64,000 nt of DNA, from positions 3,294,398-3,358,397 of the forward strand of contig NW_003314266.1 of the NCBI RefSeq assembly GCF_000143415.4, read 5' to 3'. Both the position numbers and the translations under genes were made by a program. Origin of the DNA: Selaginella moellendorffii. Its lineage: Eukaryota > Plantae > Lycopodiophyta. Within the stretch, counting starts at the first letter, position 1. Each line of letters starts with the position of its first letter. The notes below the pieces were generated by a model, which worked only from the letters and a program-made list of their open reading frames with translations, searched no databases and was not told where the DNA came from. Below, in pieces: positions 13,001 to 23,800 of this stretch.

Positions 13001-15338
13001 CACCGCAACACACGGGACACCCTTGAGTAGTGCGGCTCGAAAGAATAGTCCGCCGCAGTTGTACTCGACAACGCATTTGCCCTTGGAGTCAGAAGCAGGT
13101 GACCCACCCGCTATTGCATTGAAGACCCAGCTGAGCATTTCCCATGCTGCACCTGGAGCTTTCTTTGGATTCGAAAGCTCCATAGCCGTCTTCAGTTCCT
13201 CAGGCACGGGTAAATTGACCTCCCTCAGATCAATTCGATTGGCCTTGTTGAACGAAGCTGGGAAGTCACTCCAGTCCCACTCTGCTGCAGGACCAATAAC
13301 ATGGGCGAGTGTGAAGATGCGGACATTCGTCGGTATCTTCTTCTTAGCCATTATCCCATGGATCTCCCGCATCTCCTTGCCTTTCAACCGAGCCTTCACC
13401 TCGTTCAAGGCCTTCCAGAACTTGTGATAGGATTCGGAGTCGTAGATCATATAGTGGACTGAAGATTCCACCTCCGCAAGTCCCACCATTAAGTCAATGA
13501 TGGAGCTGACTTCGTCTGCATGAGTGATCTCCTCGTTTGTGAAGTCCATCACACAAAAGATGTTCTTGACCTGCTCATCTCCGTGGGAAACGATGCTCCT
13601 CCACCTTTGATCCTCATCCGAATTCAAGTATACCCGGTAAGGTTCTCGATAGGCCTCTGCTGCGGGGTCGAGCTGTTTCTGAAGCCGGCGGTCGACATCA
13701 CTCTTAATGAAATTTGGATACTGATCCAACTTCTCAGCTTTACTTTTCGTGGCATTCCGCAGCAGATCGATGAACTTGGGGGCCCCCTTCACGTACTCGT
13801 CGATGTCTTCATTTGACAAATCCAGCGCTTCCATCATCTCTTGCGTGGTGTCGATGCTTACCCTCTCCACGGCCACTTGCTCGAAGATCCAATCCTTCAA
13901 TAGCGCACAAGCTCTCAGAGTCGTGCACAAGTCCTCGTATGTCACAATATGGCCGGGAGTCATTTTGGTCTTGTTGAAGACTACCTCACCACGTAGAAGA
14001 GCATTAGCCACTGTCAGAAGGTCGTCGTTATCTAGAGACCGCGAGAAACGCAAGGCGTTGAGCTTCAAATCATTGGGCTTCCGGCCGTCCTCCACACCCA
14101 TTGAGTTTAATAACTCCCCGTCATGGTACCTCCTCAGCACATCTACCCATTTGTCAAAAACAACTTTTGTCGCGAGTTGAATGTTATGGATGCTGAGTGT
14201 GTCATTGACCCCCAGTGTTTTCGAGAGAAGACTCGAGAATTCCTGCAATGGAAATGGCGTGAGGCCACATGCTATGCCACATGCAACGAGGCTTACCTGC
14301 CAGGCGCTAGTTGCTAGTGCACGTCCTTGTCCTAGTTTTTGTGGCTTCTTCAGTTGAACCCAGAGCTTCCGTGTTCGTGCCAATGTCTCATGCAGACCCG
14401 ATTTGTAGCACGTTTCTTGCTTGACATTCTGCGCGTGGGAGATGTATATGATAGATCGGAGGGGCAAGTTGCCTTTTATCAGGCGGACAACTCTTGTCTT
14501 GAAGACTTTCTTCACCTCCTCGCCCACCATAATATCCACAACTATCTCTTGCATCGCCAAGCTAGAATGCTGCTCGGAGACGGCATAGAACCGGATGTTC
14601 TGATTGTCCAACACCTTCCTATTGATCAAGTCTGAAAACCTCGTCTCGCCCTTCATTGTTCGGTAGTAGGGGATCACGTCTGCGATGTTGGGTGTTACTG
14701 GACTTGCCAGCATCTTCTGCTTCAGTTTCTCCACCCACTCATCAGATACTAGCCTGTGGTTGTATTTGCTTTGGATGTCGATACGGCTCACGTTGATTGT
14801 ATATACTTTGTTGGAATAGTAACAAGTACTATTATCTGCGACGATTTTTGCTGCCTCTTCTTGCTCTTTCTGCTCTTTGCGACTCTTCTTTTTGGTGGGT
14901 GTAGTGTTCGAACCCAAGGCAATGGCATCACCGAGTAGCTTCTTTTTTGGAGGAGAGTTGGACGTCGGCTTGAGCTTGACCACCCTTTTCTGCTTCGGGG
15001 TAGTTTCCAGATCGACCCCCTTCCCCTTCGCTTCGCGAACTGGAGGCACTCTCAACGGCTCAATGTTGGAATATAGTTTTTGAACATCGCCGTAGGTGAG
15101 GTCCGTGGATTCCATGTGATCTTTATAGACCCACAGCGTCTTTGAAATTGTGGGCCTCCTGGACAACCAATGGAGTGTCTGTCACTTGGATGAGGATCCC
15201 CATGCATTCTTTTCTCCCACCATCTGTGTTGTACAGCCTTAGATCCTCGCCTTCCATCTCGAAAGTCCAACTGGTGAGCTCCTCCCCCTTCCCTGCATCC
15301 ACATTGACAGTGGCTGGAAGAAGAACGCAATTCCTTGC
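10095..15338 (-). pseudogene. Multi-exon cargo gene (~1,600 codons): ParB/Srx-like + degenerate amino-MTase-like + acidic/Pro-rich linker + FCP1/NIF-like HAD domain
   Basis: GT-AG introns at 14243-14296, 12869-12918, 12726-12781, 12605-12653, 12414-12460, 11805-11861, 11745-11789, 11590-11636 and 10958-11004 join ORFs 12902-15166, 12553-12771, 12402-12701, 11854-12444, 10973-11611 and 10293-10979 in one frame. Lesions: a frameshift near 15125 and a TAG at 10293-10295, after which the frame stays open to TGA at 10095. The 5' end is unresolved (another intron at 15339-15419). Confidence 0.75.
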
Positions 15339-15699
15339 CTGTTCAGAAATGCACAACAATTAGAGCTGACAGATGGAAAGCTAGCAGCTGGAAATAACGT
15401 GAGGCCACACGCCATTCACCACTGCATCAGATGTCTTGAGGCTGCATCCTAAGATGGCGTGAGGCTACACGCCATCTGTAACCGGACTGCACTCGAGAGC
15501 CCAATCGGTGCATGCCAATGTTTCTACTGAATGGCATGTGGCCTCATGCCATTTTCTACTTGGCCTAAAAGACTTATCATTTGAAGCCGAATGGAGGCGT
15601 GACAATCGAGGCCGGACTCGCTGGCGAATGTGCACTATGTGTGCAGCAGATCGTAGCAGCAAGGCTAGTCTGCCACTTACAGTTGGAGAGTGGCGCTGA

Positions 15700-17031
15700 A
15701 ATCTCCCAGGACGCCAAGTGGGCTGCGTGTGGGTGGCGGAGTGGGCGGCGGAGTTGGCGGCGAAGTTACAAACTGGGTGTGTCTTGAAGTGGACGCTGAT
15801 GCACACGAGCACGATGCGAGCGCGAGTGGATGCCGATGCACACGAGAAACCTATAGAGAAGATAGATGAGCGCGAATGTGAGCGTGATCGCGAGTGGGAG
15901 CGCGATGCGAGCGCGAGTGTGCAAGCGCGAGTACGAAGCAAAATGCAAAACCTAACCTCACACGCGCGAAATGTCACGACGGTTGGTAATCCCGCCACGT
16001 CATCATTCCTCGGACTTGGGCGCCACCATTAATTTCTGGATCGCCGCGCACATGCATGCACGTGAAATCCAAAAGAAATCCGCAACGTCATCATTCCTCG
16101 GACTGCATGCACGTGAAATCCAAAAGAAAGATCATGATTGGGATATCATTTAATACTCTCGCTATATTTATACCATGCATGATTGGATATTCCAAAGCAT
16201 CTTATATTTCCAAAAATGCCAGATGTTCAGCTAAATAAAGAATGGTATACAAATCCCAAAAAATGCACCAAAAAATGCTCGGTGTCATCTGGCGTTATCT
16301 CTTGAATGGCGTGGGGCCGCATGCCATTTTCAGGGGCACATAAAAGTATATTCCTAGAATATTCTAACATGCGCGAGATTTTTTTGAGTTTTCTGGAGAT
16401 CCAACCGTTAGATTACAACTAGATTTTACAGAATGGTATACAATGTCTTTTTTGATGACCCTACAAAGAAGCATCTCGATCGGACACCACATGAGACCAC
16501 ACGAGCCTTAAAATGTTTCAGGGGCATTTGCCATAGATCCGACCGTTATTTTGCTCCAAGATTTTACAGTTTCGTGTGCATTGACCTTTCCATTGACACT
16601 GCAAAGGGACATCACAATCAGACGTGGGATCACAAGAAACTAACTTCACTAACTCTGGTTTCACCAAGATCTACGTAAGGAGTTATGAAATGAAAAGACC
16701 CTCTCTATTGAAATGTGTTTATGGTCTTAGGGGCATTGTGACATATCAAAGGATTTTGCATCAAGTTCTGTATTTGCATGTTTATCAAGCTACTGAATTG
16801 CTAAACCCTAAACCCTAAACCCAGGTTTTTACTTGCCTGCAGCTGTGTGTATATCAAGATGGCATGAGGCCTCATGCCAATTTTGTGAATGCGAAATTTC
16901 ACGTGGGTGTCAATAGCATGTTTGAATAATGGCATGTGGCCTCATGCTATTGAGGTTGTTTGGTATGTTATGATTTAGGCCATTCTCCAATCATTTTTTG
17001 TATGGTCTTAACTTCTTTTCTGCACTTTCAG
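15700..17031. promoter_or_regulatory. Putative bidirectional promoter with telo-box array and 5'-UTR intron
   Basis: Lies between the divergent genes. (TAAACCC)x3 at 16802-16822; duplicated CGTCATCATTCCTCGGACT and CATGCACGTGAAATCCAAAAGAAA near 16.0-16.13 kb; strong acceptor TTTTCTGCACTTTCAG ending at 17031, just before the ATG at 17033. Confidence 0.5.
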
Positions 17032-17032
17032 A

Positions 17033-20000
17033 ATGGCCTTCAGGGTTAGGGAAAAGGTTTACATTTTGAATGGTGGGAAGAGAGTTGCAAAAGGGACCCT
17101 TGTGTCTATGGATCGGAACTTTGTTATACACTGTCAAAGGCTTGGGGAAGGCAATGCTGCTGTATCAGTAGAGACTGTCTTCGATAGGAATGTGGTCGCT
17201 ATTGAACGAGGAGAGATAGTCGTCGGGGTAAATGTTGTTGTTGCCTTGAAAAATCTTCAGAAGAAAGGAGATGTTGGGGACAGCGCAAGTGCGACGCATG
17301 TTCCCTCCGTGGATCTTAAGAACTGTGCTACATGGATTCAGGCAAAGGTGTTTCTAAACAACCCCGAGGGGGAGGTGGTAGCTGAGGGCTTAGCCACAGT
17401 TGTTGATCCAAGAGATGCGGTTGCTAATCAAGAATTGGGCTGGGATGATATTGGAGTTGCGATTTTAGAGGTTGTTGACACAGAAGAAAACAGTCTGACT
17501 ATTGAAAGCATTGTGCGGTGGAAATTGAGGCACTTAGTGTTTGAGAATGTGAAGGATTCACAATCAAACACCACTACAACTGATGACAGAACATCTCTTC
17601 ATGGGAAAAGAAAGTACACCTTCCTAAAGCGTAGCCAAAGGGATCTGAGCAACGAACCAAAAACGCAGAAAATGGCGATGGAGGTTCGAATGGTCTCGAC
17701 AGTTGCTTGTTGCAAGAGGAGGTGCTGTCAACATGCTGATTGGGATGCTATTGAAGAGGAGAAAGCAAGATACAAGACATTGTCCTGGAAGGCAGCTCGC
17801 AATTTTATGTATAAGGCATTACGGTCATCTGTTGATGCTTCAGAACATCAGGTGGGGGGCATGGTCTTCCAGAGGGGTTTGGTCTGCATGAAGGCATGGA
17901 GAATCATTTATGGAGTCCCTCGAACCACATTCTACAGAATCAAAACTAAGTTCGAGGAACAAAGGGTTCAAAAGGCAATCCATGGGAACGACGGTACGCA
18001 CAAAACCAGGGGTCATGTTGTATATGGAGAGGCAATCTTCAAGAGGTTTGTTGAGACATGTAGCGAGCAGCAACCACATAAAACCCGCCTCTTGGAAGAT
18101 GGAACACGAGACACCCAACGAGTTCTCCCTTCCATGTATACCAAGGGGGCTATATTGGAAGATGTGAATCGGGAACTCCAGAGTAATGGCTACAAGAAGC
18201 TGAGCCAATCTAGATTTAGTAGATTGTGGAGCAACAGGTTCAGGGATGTGAGTATAGGAAAGTACTCCAGCTTTTCAAAGTGTGACGAGTGCACTACTAT
18301 CAAAATGGCTTTGTCGAAGAATTCTTGCAGCGCTCAAGAGCGAGAGACGTTGGTTAGAAGGTGGCTCGACCACAACATTGAGCAGAGAAGCTGTAGGACT
18401 GCATATTATCATAACAGGATTCTCTCCATGGAGAGACCTAACTCTTACCTCTGCATCATCCACGACAAAATGGACTAGAAAAAGACGTGCTTACCTCGAC
18501 TCAATCCTGCCCCCAAGGCAATCTCTTCATCCATGCAGCTGCCTGTGTCTCTGTTTGGCATAATCACTCATGGGCATGGTGCCCAGAACTATGGGAACTT
18601 CTTTGTACCTCTATGGGGTGGCGGGGGTGCAAACATGATGATTGCATCCCTAGCAAAACACTTAAGGTCTCTGCAAAGTGCGCAGACTAAGCTGAATGGC
18701 CAACCCTTGCATAAGGCCCTTGTCGATCGAACCCCACATAGGGTTCAGCTGGAGGAGGAGCAAAGGCTTGCAGTATCGCGTGGGGCCCCATGCCATCCCA
18801 GTGAATATGTTGGCCGTTACATTGTAGGGTTATCACGTGAGGCCTCATGCCATTCCGACGAGGCTGGTCGCCAGGTGAATGCACAGCCTCATCCAAACGA
18901 AGCAGAATCTCAAGGAAGTTCTTGCGGCCGATGTGGCCTTCCACCCCATCTTCTGCTCCAAACAGACAATGCTGGCAGTGAGAACAAAAACATGTACGTC
19001 TTCGCGTACTTGGCGATGCTAGTTGCCAAAGGCATATTTGAAACGGTTACACTTGGCTTTCTCATGGTTGGGCACACTCATGAAGACGTCGATGCCATGT
19101 TCAGTCACCTGGCAGAGTCCCTCCGGCGATCCAATGTCCTCACCCTCCCACAACTCTACGATGAATTCCAAAATTGCATCAAAGGCACTGTTGAAGCTGC
19201 ACTTGTGACAGAGGTTCTAGACTTTAAGGGGTTTGTAAGAGGCTACATCAGGGACGGATTCGAAACACTGATTGGCCACTCCAAGCCTCTTCAGTTTCAT
19301 TTCAGCATGCGTGACGGTGCTCCAGTGATGAGGTACAAGATGAGAGAATGGGACACAGTGTGGCTGCCAATGGATGGCATTGAACTCTTCAAGAGAGATC
19401 CCATAACTGGGGAACCTATGATTCCTCAGGGTTCCCCACGGCCGATGCACCCGGATGGACTCAAAGACCAGGAAAGTATAGTGGTCGGGATTAGACAGCA
19501 TATTGCCTTCTGGAAGAGGGGGTTGGTGTTTGGTGGAGAATCCTATTTTAAGAGGTGCAAGCCTTTGCTCGAATACTGGGAGAAGATTATATCTGCTATC
19601 CAAAATGGGCTGGTTGTATATGAAGAATTGGAAGAGTCCTTTTGGCCAAAACCCAGAGCACCAGATAGTAGCGGAACAATGTCCTCTGGAAATGCAGTGA
19701 CAGATAACGATGTTGAGGATCACTATTGTGGGCCGAGGAACAAGAAGCCGGATTCAGCATTCAATTCAGTACAGGTCTGCAAAGGAATGGTCGTGCTTGT
19801 CAGACCCAGTAATAAAAAACAAATGATATGGGTGGGGCACTACATCACTGATGCAGAGGAGGACGTGGAAACTAACTCCTTCAATGTAACTGTGGAGTGG
19901 TTCAAGCCAAGTTCCGGATATACAAAGGATTGCCTAGAAAAGAGATGGGTGCTGAATCCAAGGGATCCCAGCATGAGCATATCGGTGGATAATGTTGTGC

Positions 20001-20101
20001 ATGGTTGGATGCGGAAGCAGAGTGCCACCATCACCTTGCCAGACCATGCAAGAGATGCAGCAAGAGCATTCATAACCCGGGTTCAAGGTGAGATTCATTA
20101 A
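17033..20101 (+). pseudogene. Sola-like DDD transposase, ~1,020 codons, one premature stop
   Basis: ORFs 17033-18478 and 18533-20101 are in the same frame; TAG at 18476-18478 reads as CAG in DKMD(Q)KKTCLP. Motifs: FSKCDEC...H, IIHDKMD, LQTDNAGSENKN, FLMVGHTHEDVDAMFS. Confidence 0.85.
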
Positions 20102-20897
20102 TATTCCTTTACTAAGTTTCTAATGTATTTTATTTTAAGGTGAACAATCCGAATCTGAATCAGAGGAGGCATGATGGCATGGCGTGATGGCGTGAGGCGT
20201 GACACCAAAAAGGAGGTGTCCACTAGCGCTTACGCTTATAATGGCATGTGCCCTCATGCCATTTACTTGATCACCAAATACCTTTTTCCCTTTGCACTAG
20301 TATATCTTAATACCGGTCTGAGAAATAGAATGGCATGTGCCCTCAGGCCTTTTACTAAATCACCTTTGAAAGAAATGCAAGCCTCTATGTCGTAAAAAAA
20401 AGGTACTAGAGAAATTCCTTAATAATATGAATGTTATTTAGTTTCATGAAAATACACTAAGGGTCAAATGAGTTAAATGACTTCTCCAGACTAGCAATGC
20501 CTCTTGCTACACCTTCACAATTAGATTCGTTAGAAAAAGATAACATTGAATAATATCTAAATGTTCTCACCATTAAGTTATATGTCTGGCTAATAGGAAT
20601 GACGTTCATCTTGGAAAGCTCACCATACGCTCAATGAACAAACAAATAGTGTGTGCGTGCATGCCATCGCTCTTCTTTAGCTTCAGATTCGGCTTGTTCA
20701 CCTTGACAATGAGATTTATTATACAACCAGATGGACTCAGTCTGGACACAAAGTCACCGCGCTAGTCACCATGCCCCAGATATGTCTAGCCTCTGGACAA
20801 AAAACATATAATTTCATGTCATTTTCAAATACTTGAAAATTTGTACCTAATCCCATTTTACTGAATAAATCCCACTTTAACGAAATAGAGCTTTCTT

Positions 20898-23800
20898 GGA
20901 GAAATGATTTGCAACGAGATGTGACTCATTTCTCGTGTTCACATCATACAATCAAGAGTCCCTACCTTGATTCATGTTGGATTGATAATCTTGCAAGTGC
21001 TGAGTTGTGGGATGGATAGCGGTGAAGCACTATACCATTTTATTTAAGTTTGCTATTGAAAGACTTGGGTTGCAATGCTCAATTCTTTTCCAGAGAATCT
21101 TGCTATTGCTCCTTGAGTAGCTTGGTATTGGATTAGTTTTGAGTTTGGTCGGAAAGAGAGTGGCATAAGCTTGTCCATATTGTGAACAAAAGTTAGTGTG
21201 TTGAGTGTTGTAAATTTCTATTAGTAGGTGTGGTATTTATGTTGCATTTTATCGGATTAAGTTGGCACTTGATAATCACATAAACCTTTGAAGTAATGAC
21301 ATGGGTGTTGTTTGTAGTGTTACTCAAATTGATGATCAAGTCATTGTGATACTTATATCATATCCATGTGATAGTGAGCAATATGTTTACGAAATTGCTT
21401 GGTTAAATGAAGATCAACCCCAAAGTGGTTGACGGTGAAGCTAGTCTACTTGCATGAAGTAGTATTGTAGTAGCTTTGATTAAATTCTCGATGGTAGTCC
21501 ATTATGCTAAGCTTAAGTTGGTTCTTTAGTTCCTTGAGTTTGCTCATTGAGGTGTTGGAAAAGGTTATAGCATTCACTTGCTATAACTTGTCGGTTGATC
21601 CGTTAGCACTTGGAGTAGATTGTTGGATGGATAAGATGTGTAGTTGAGGCATTGACATCATTAACATTTGTGTTAATAGAAGTGACATTATTATTTCAAG
21701 TGATGAGGAGTTTTCCTTAGAGCTTGATTTTCCATATTATTTTTTTTGTTAGTGTTTTGGCTTCATATTAGATTTTGAAAGTGATTGAAGAAAAATGTTA
21801 GTGCAATGTGGATATCTGAAGATGTGGTCTTCGTGATTAAGCCTTGGATGTTCACTTTGCATTTTGCGGATGTCGGTGTAGAATGTCAGTTATATGGGCA
21901 AAAATGTTTGAAGTTTAAGCATATTGTTGGATCATGAGAATTTGTGTTGAGATGAACATATGTGAAGTTGTTGGTAGGAGGAAGTTGGTTGAGTCATGAA
22001 AGTTTGCATTCCTAAACTAAGAATCATTCTTTTTCTAGAATGGAAAATTTTCCACAAATTTTCTTAGATTTTTCCAATGGTTGATCTGATGACCATTTTA
22101 TTCAAAAACCTCTCCGTTTTCGTAAGCCAATACAAACTAGTGAAGGGTTTGGAATTGACTTCAGTTGGCTTAAACCTTAATAGGTAATTTGTATGATACG
22201 ACTTGAAAGGGATGCTGACTTTTGGGGCTAAGGCAATAGAGTCTGGAGTTGGTGTAGAAAAGTGGCTATTCCACTTTTCTAAGAAGGGCGACTTTTGTAC
22301 CTTTCTTCTATAATATTATGCTTGGTTGCAGGTTGCACCTTGCATTTCGTTAAACTCTATGAGAGTAGTGAGCTCTCACTAATCTTAACTTAGTCTTGGT
22401 AGCCTTGCACCTTGGTTGAAGATAGTGATGTCCAGCTTAGTTGTTTAAGGTTAAGATGTTAGTACCCATACTATAGCTTTGTCAATGAGGAGGTTGTGTA
22501 CCAATATGAGTCTATCTCATGGTCCTCACTTTGGTTTCGACTGAGTGTTGATCATGCATAGCTAACCTCTTCAAGGCATGCTTAGAGCTATTGACTAAAT
22601 GCATTAGTGAGCTTATTGTGGTTGAGTTGGATTCAAGTGGTCATTTAGTTTGTGCTTGTTTATAAACCTCTATCTCGTCTGGGGTATTACATTCATATTG
22701 AATAAGTATATGACCTGATGACATAAGTTTAGTGTTTGGGTCTTATAAAGGCAAGTTGAAGAGTGATTGTTTGTTGCTTTACGACTCATGGCTGTTTATA
22801 AACTGTGTCGAGGACCTCTGATACTTGTTTCACTTGATGATGATTTAACAGTGATGGGCTTGCATTACCAGATGGTGTTGCAGAGGATTATGTCATTAGG
22901 CTTGTATGGTTTTCCTATGTTGGCATATTGATTCTACCTCTGTTGATATCATTTGGGTACATTTAGTCTGTAATGTTGGATTTCATGGAGTCTTGGATAT
23001 GGTGATTCACTCTTTGAGGAAGTGTTATCTATAACTAAATTTTGCTTAAGGATTGGTCTCTGATACCGACTAAGGTATCTTCGACTTTGGTTAGCTTAGT
23101 TGCTAGAGAGTTTTGATTGGTGATTCACTCTTGCTTTCTTTTAGTTTTGTTTTGGTGTTGATAGCATTAAAGTGATGCCTTGTTATTGACATTGTTGATA
23201 TTGATATTTGAGTGAAATGAAATGTCTCTTTGTAAGATTGATATTAAGTTTCATTAGTCTCGATGAAGATAGTGTTGATGATTTGGTTATGGCTTTGTGT
23301 TATTGGCATTCATACATTTGCTAGTTAACAACTGTGTTGACGTTCAAATGAACTGAGTGGCAAGTTTGCGTTAGTGTGTTCTAGACGAGATTGTTTAATA
23401 AAGGTTGAGGTTTGAGTTTTTCCTTGAAAAGAAATTTAGTCGTAGACGGCACTAACTTTACGAGAGGAAGAGTTAGTGATCGATGTTGGTATGTTGGATT
23501 CCTTGTTGAATTCAAGGTGGGATATATTGATCATTGATGATTCTTCTTGAGCTTGTTATAAAGTGAGTTACGTCTTGCTATAGTTGGATTTATGGAGGAT
23601 CGTTTAGTGATCACTTGTTGAGCATAGCTCCATAGTGTTTAGCTTTTGGATTGATGTAGATATGCTTTTCATTAGCTTTGGCATTATGAAGTTTGGCTTA
23701 TGGATGCATTAAGGAAGATATTGTGGGTTGCACCATGATTTCTTCTTTAGCATTGAAGTTAGTTCATGCAAGACTTGTGATCATTATTAGGCACGACTTG

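Larger units (their letters stand above)
10039..20667. repeat. Dispersed 22-bp palindrome ATGGCRTG-N6-CAYGCCAT
   Basis: Copies start at 10039, 11116, 11191, 12423, 12614, 12755, 14254, 15394, 15454, 15531, 16306, 16859, 16929, 18775, 18832, 20241, 20330 and 20646. Partial copies near 9753 and 20187. Confidence 0.92.
9653..20893 (+). mobile_element. 11.2-kb TIR DNA transposon, Sola-like, carrying a cargo gene
   Basis: Perfect 24-bp TIRs AAGCTCTATTTCGTTAAAGTGGGA (9653-9676; reverse complement at 20870-20893). 4-bp TSD TCTT (9649-9652, 20894-20897). Transposase on + and a multi-exon gene on -. Inserted in the internal region of the family B retroelement. Confidence 0.9.

Noticed and set aside
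12948-15083. Plus-strand ORFs over the cargo gene
   Set aside because: Antisense shadows with no motifs; splice signals and domains are on the minus strand.
16802-16822. Telomere or interstitial telomeric array
   Set aside because: Only three units in a promoter position; better read as telo-boxes.
18476-18478. Programmed stop-codon readthrough in the transposase
   Set aside because: The TAG falls at a position expected to be Gln (CAG); C>T decay is pervasive in this window.
10039-20667. Palindromic repeats as a CRISPR array
   Set aside because: Spacing is irregular (57 bp to ~1.8 kb), copies sit in introns and exons, there are no cas genes, and the context is eukaryotic.
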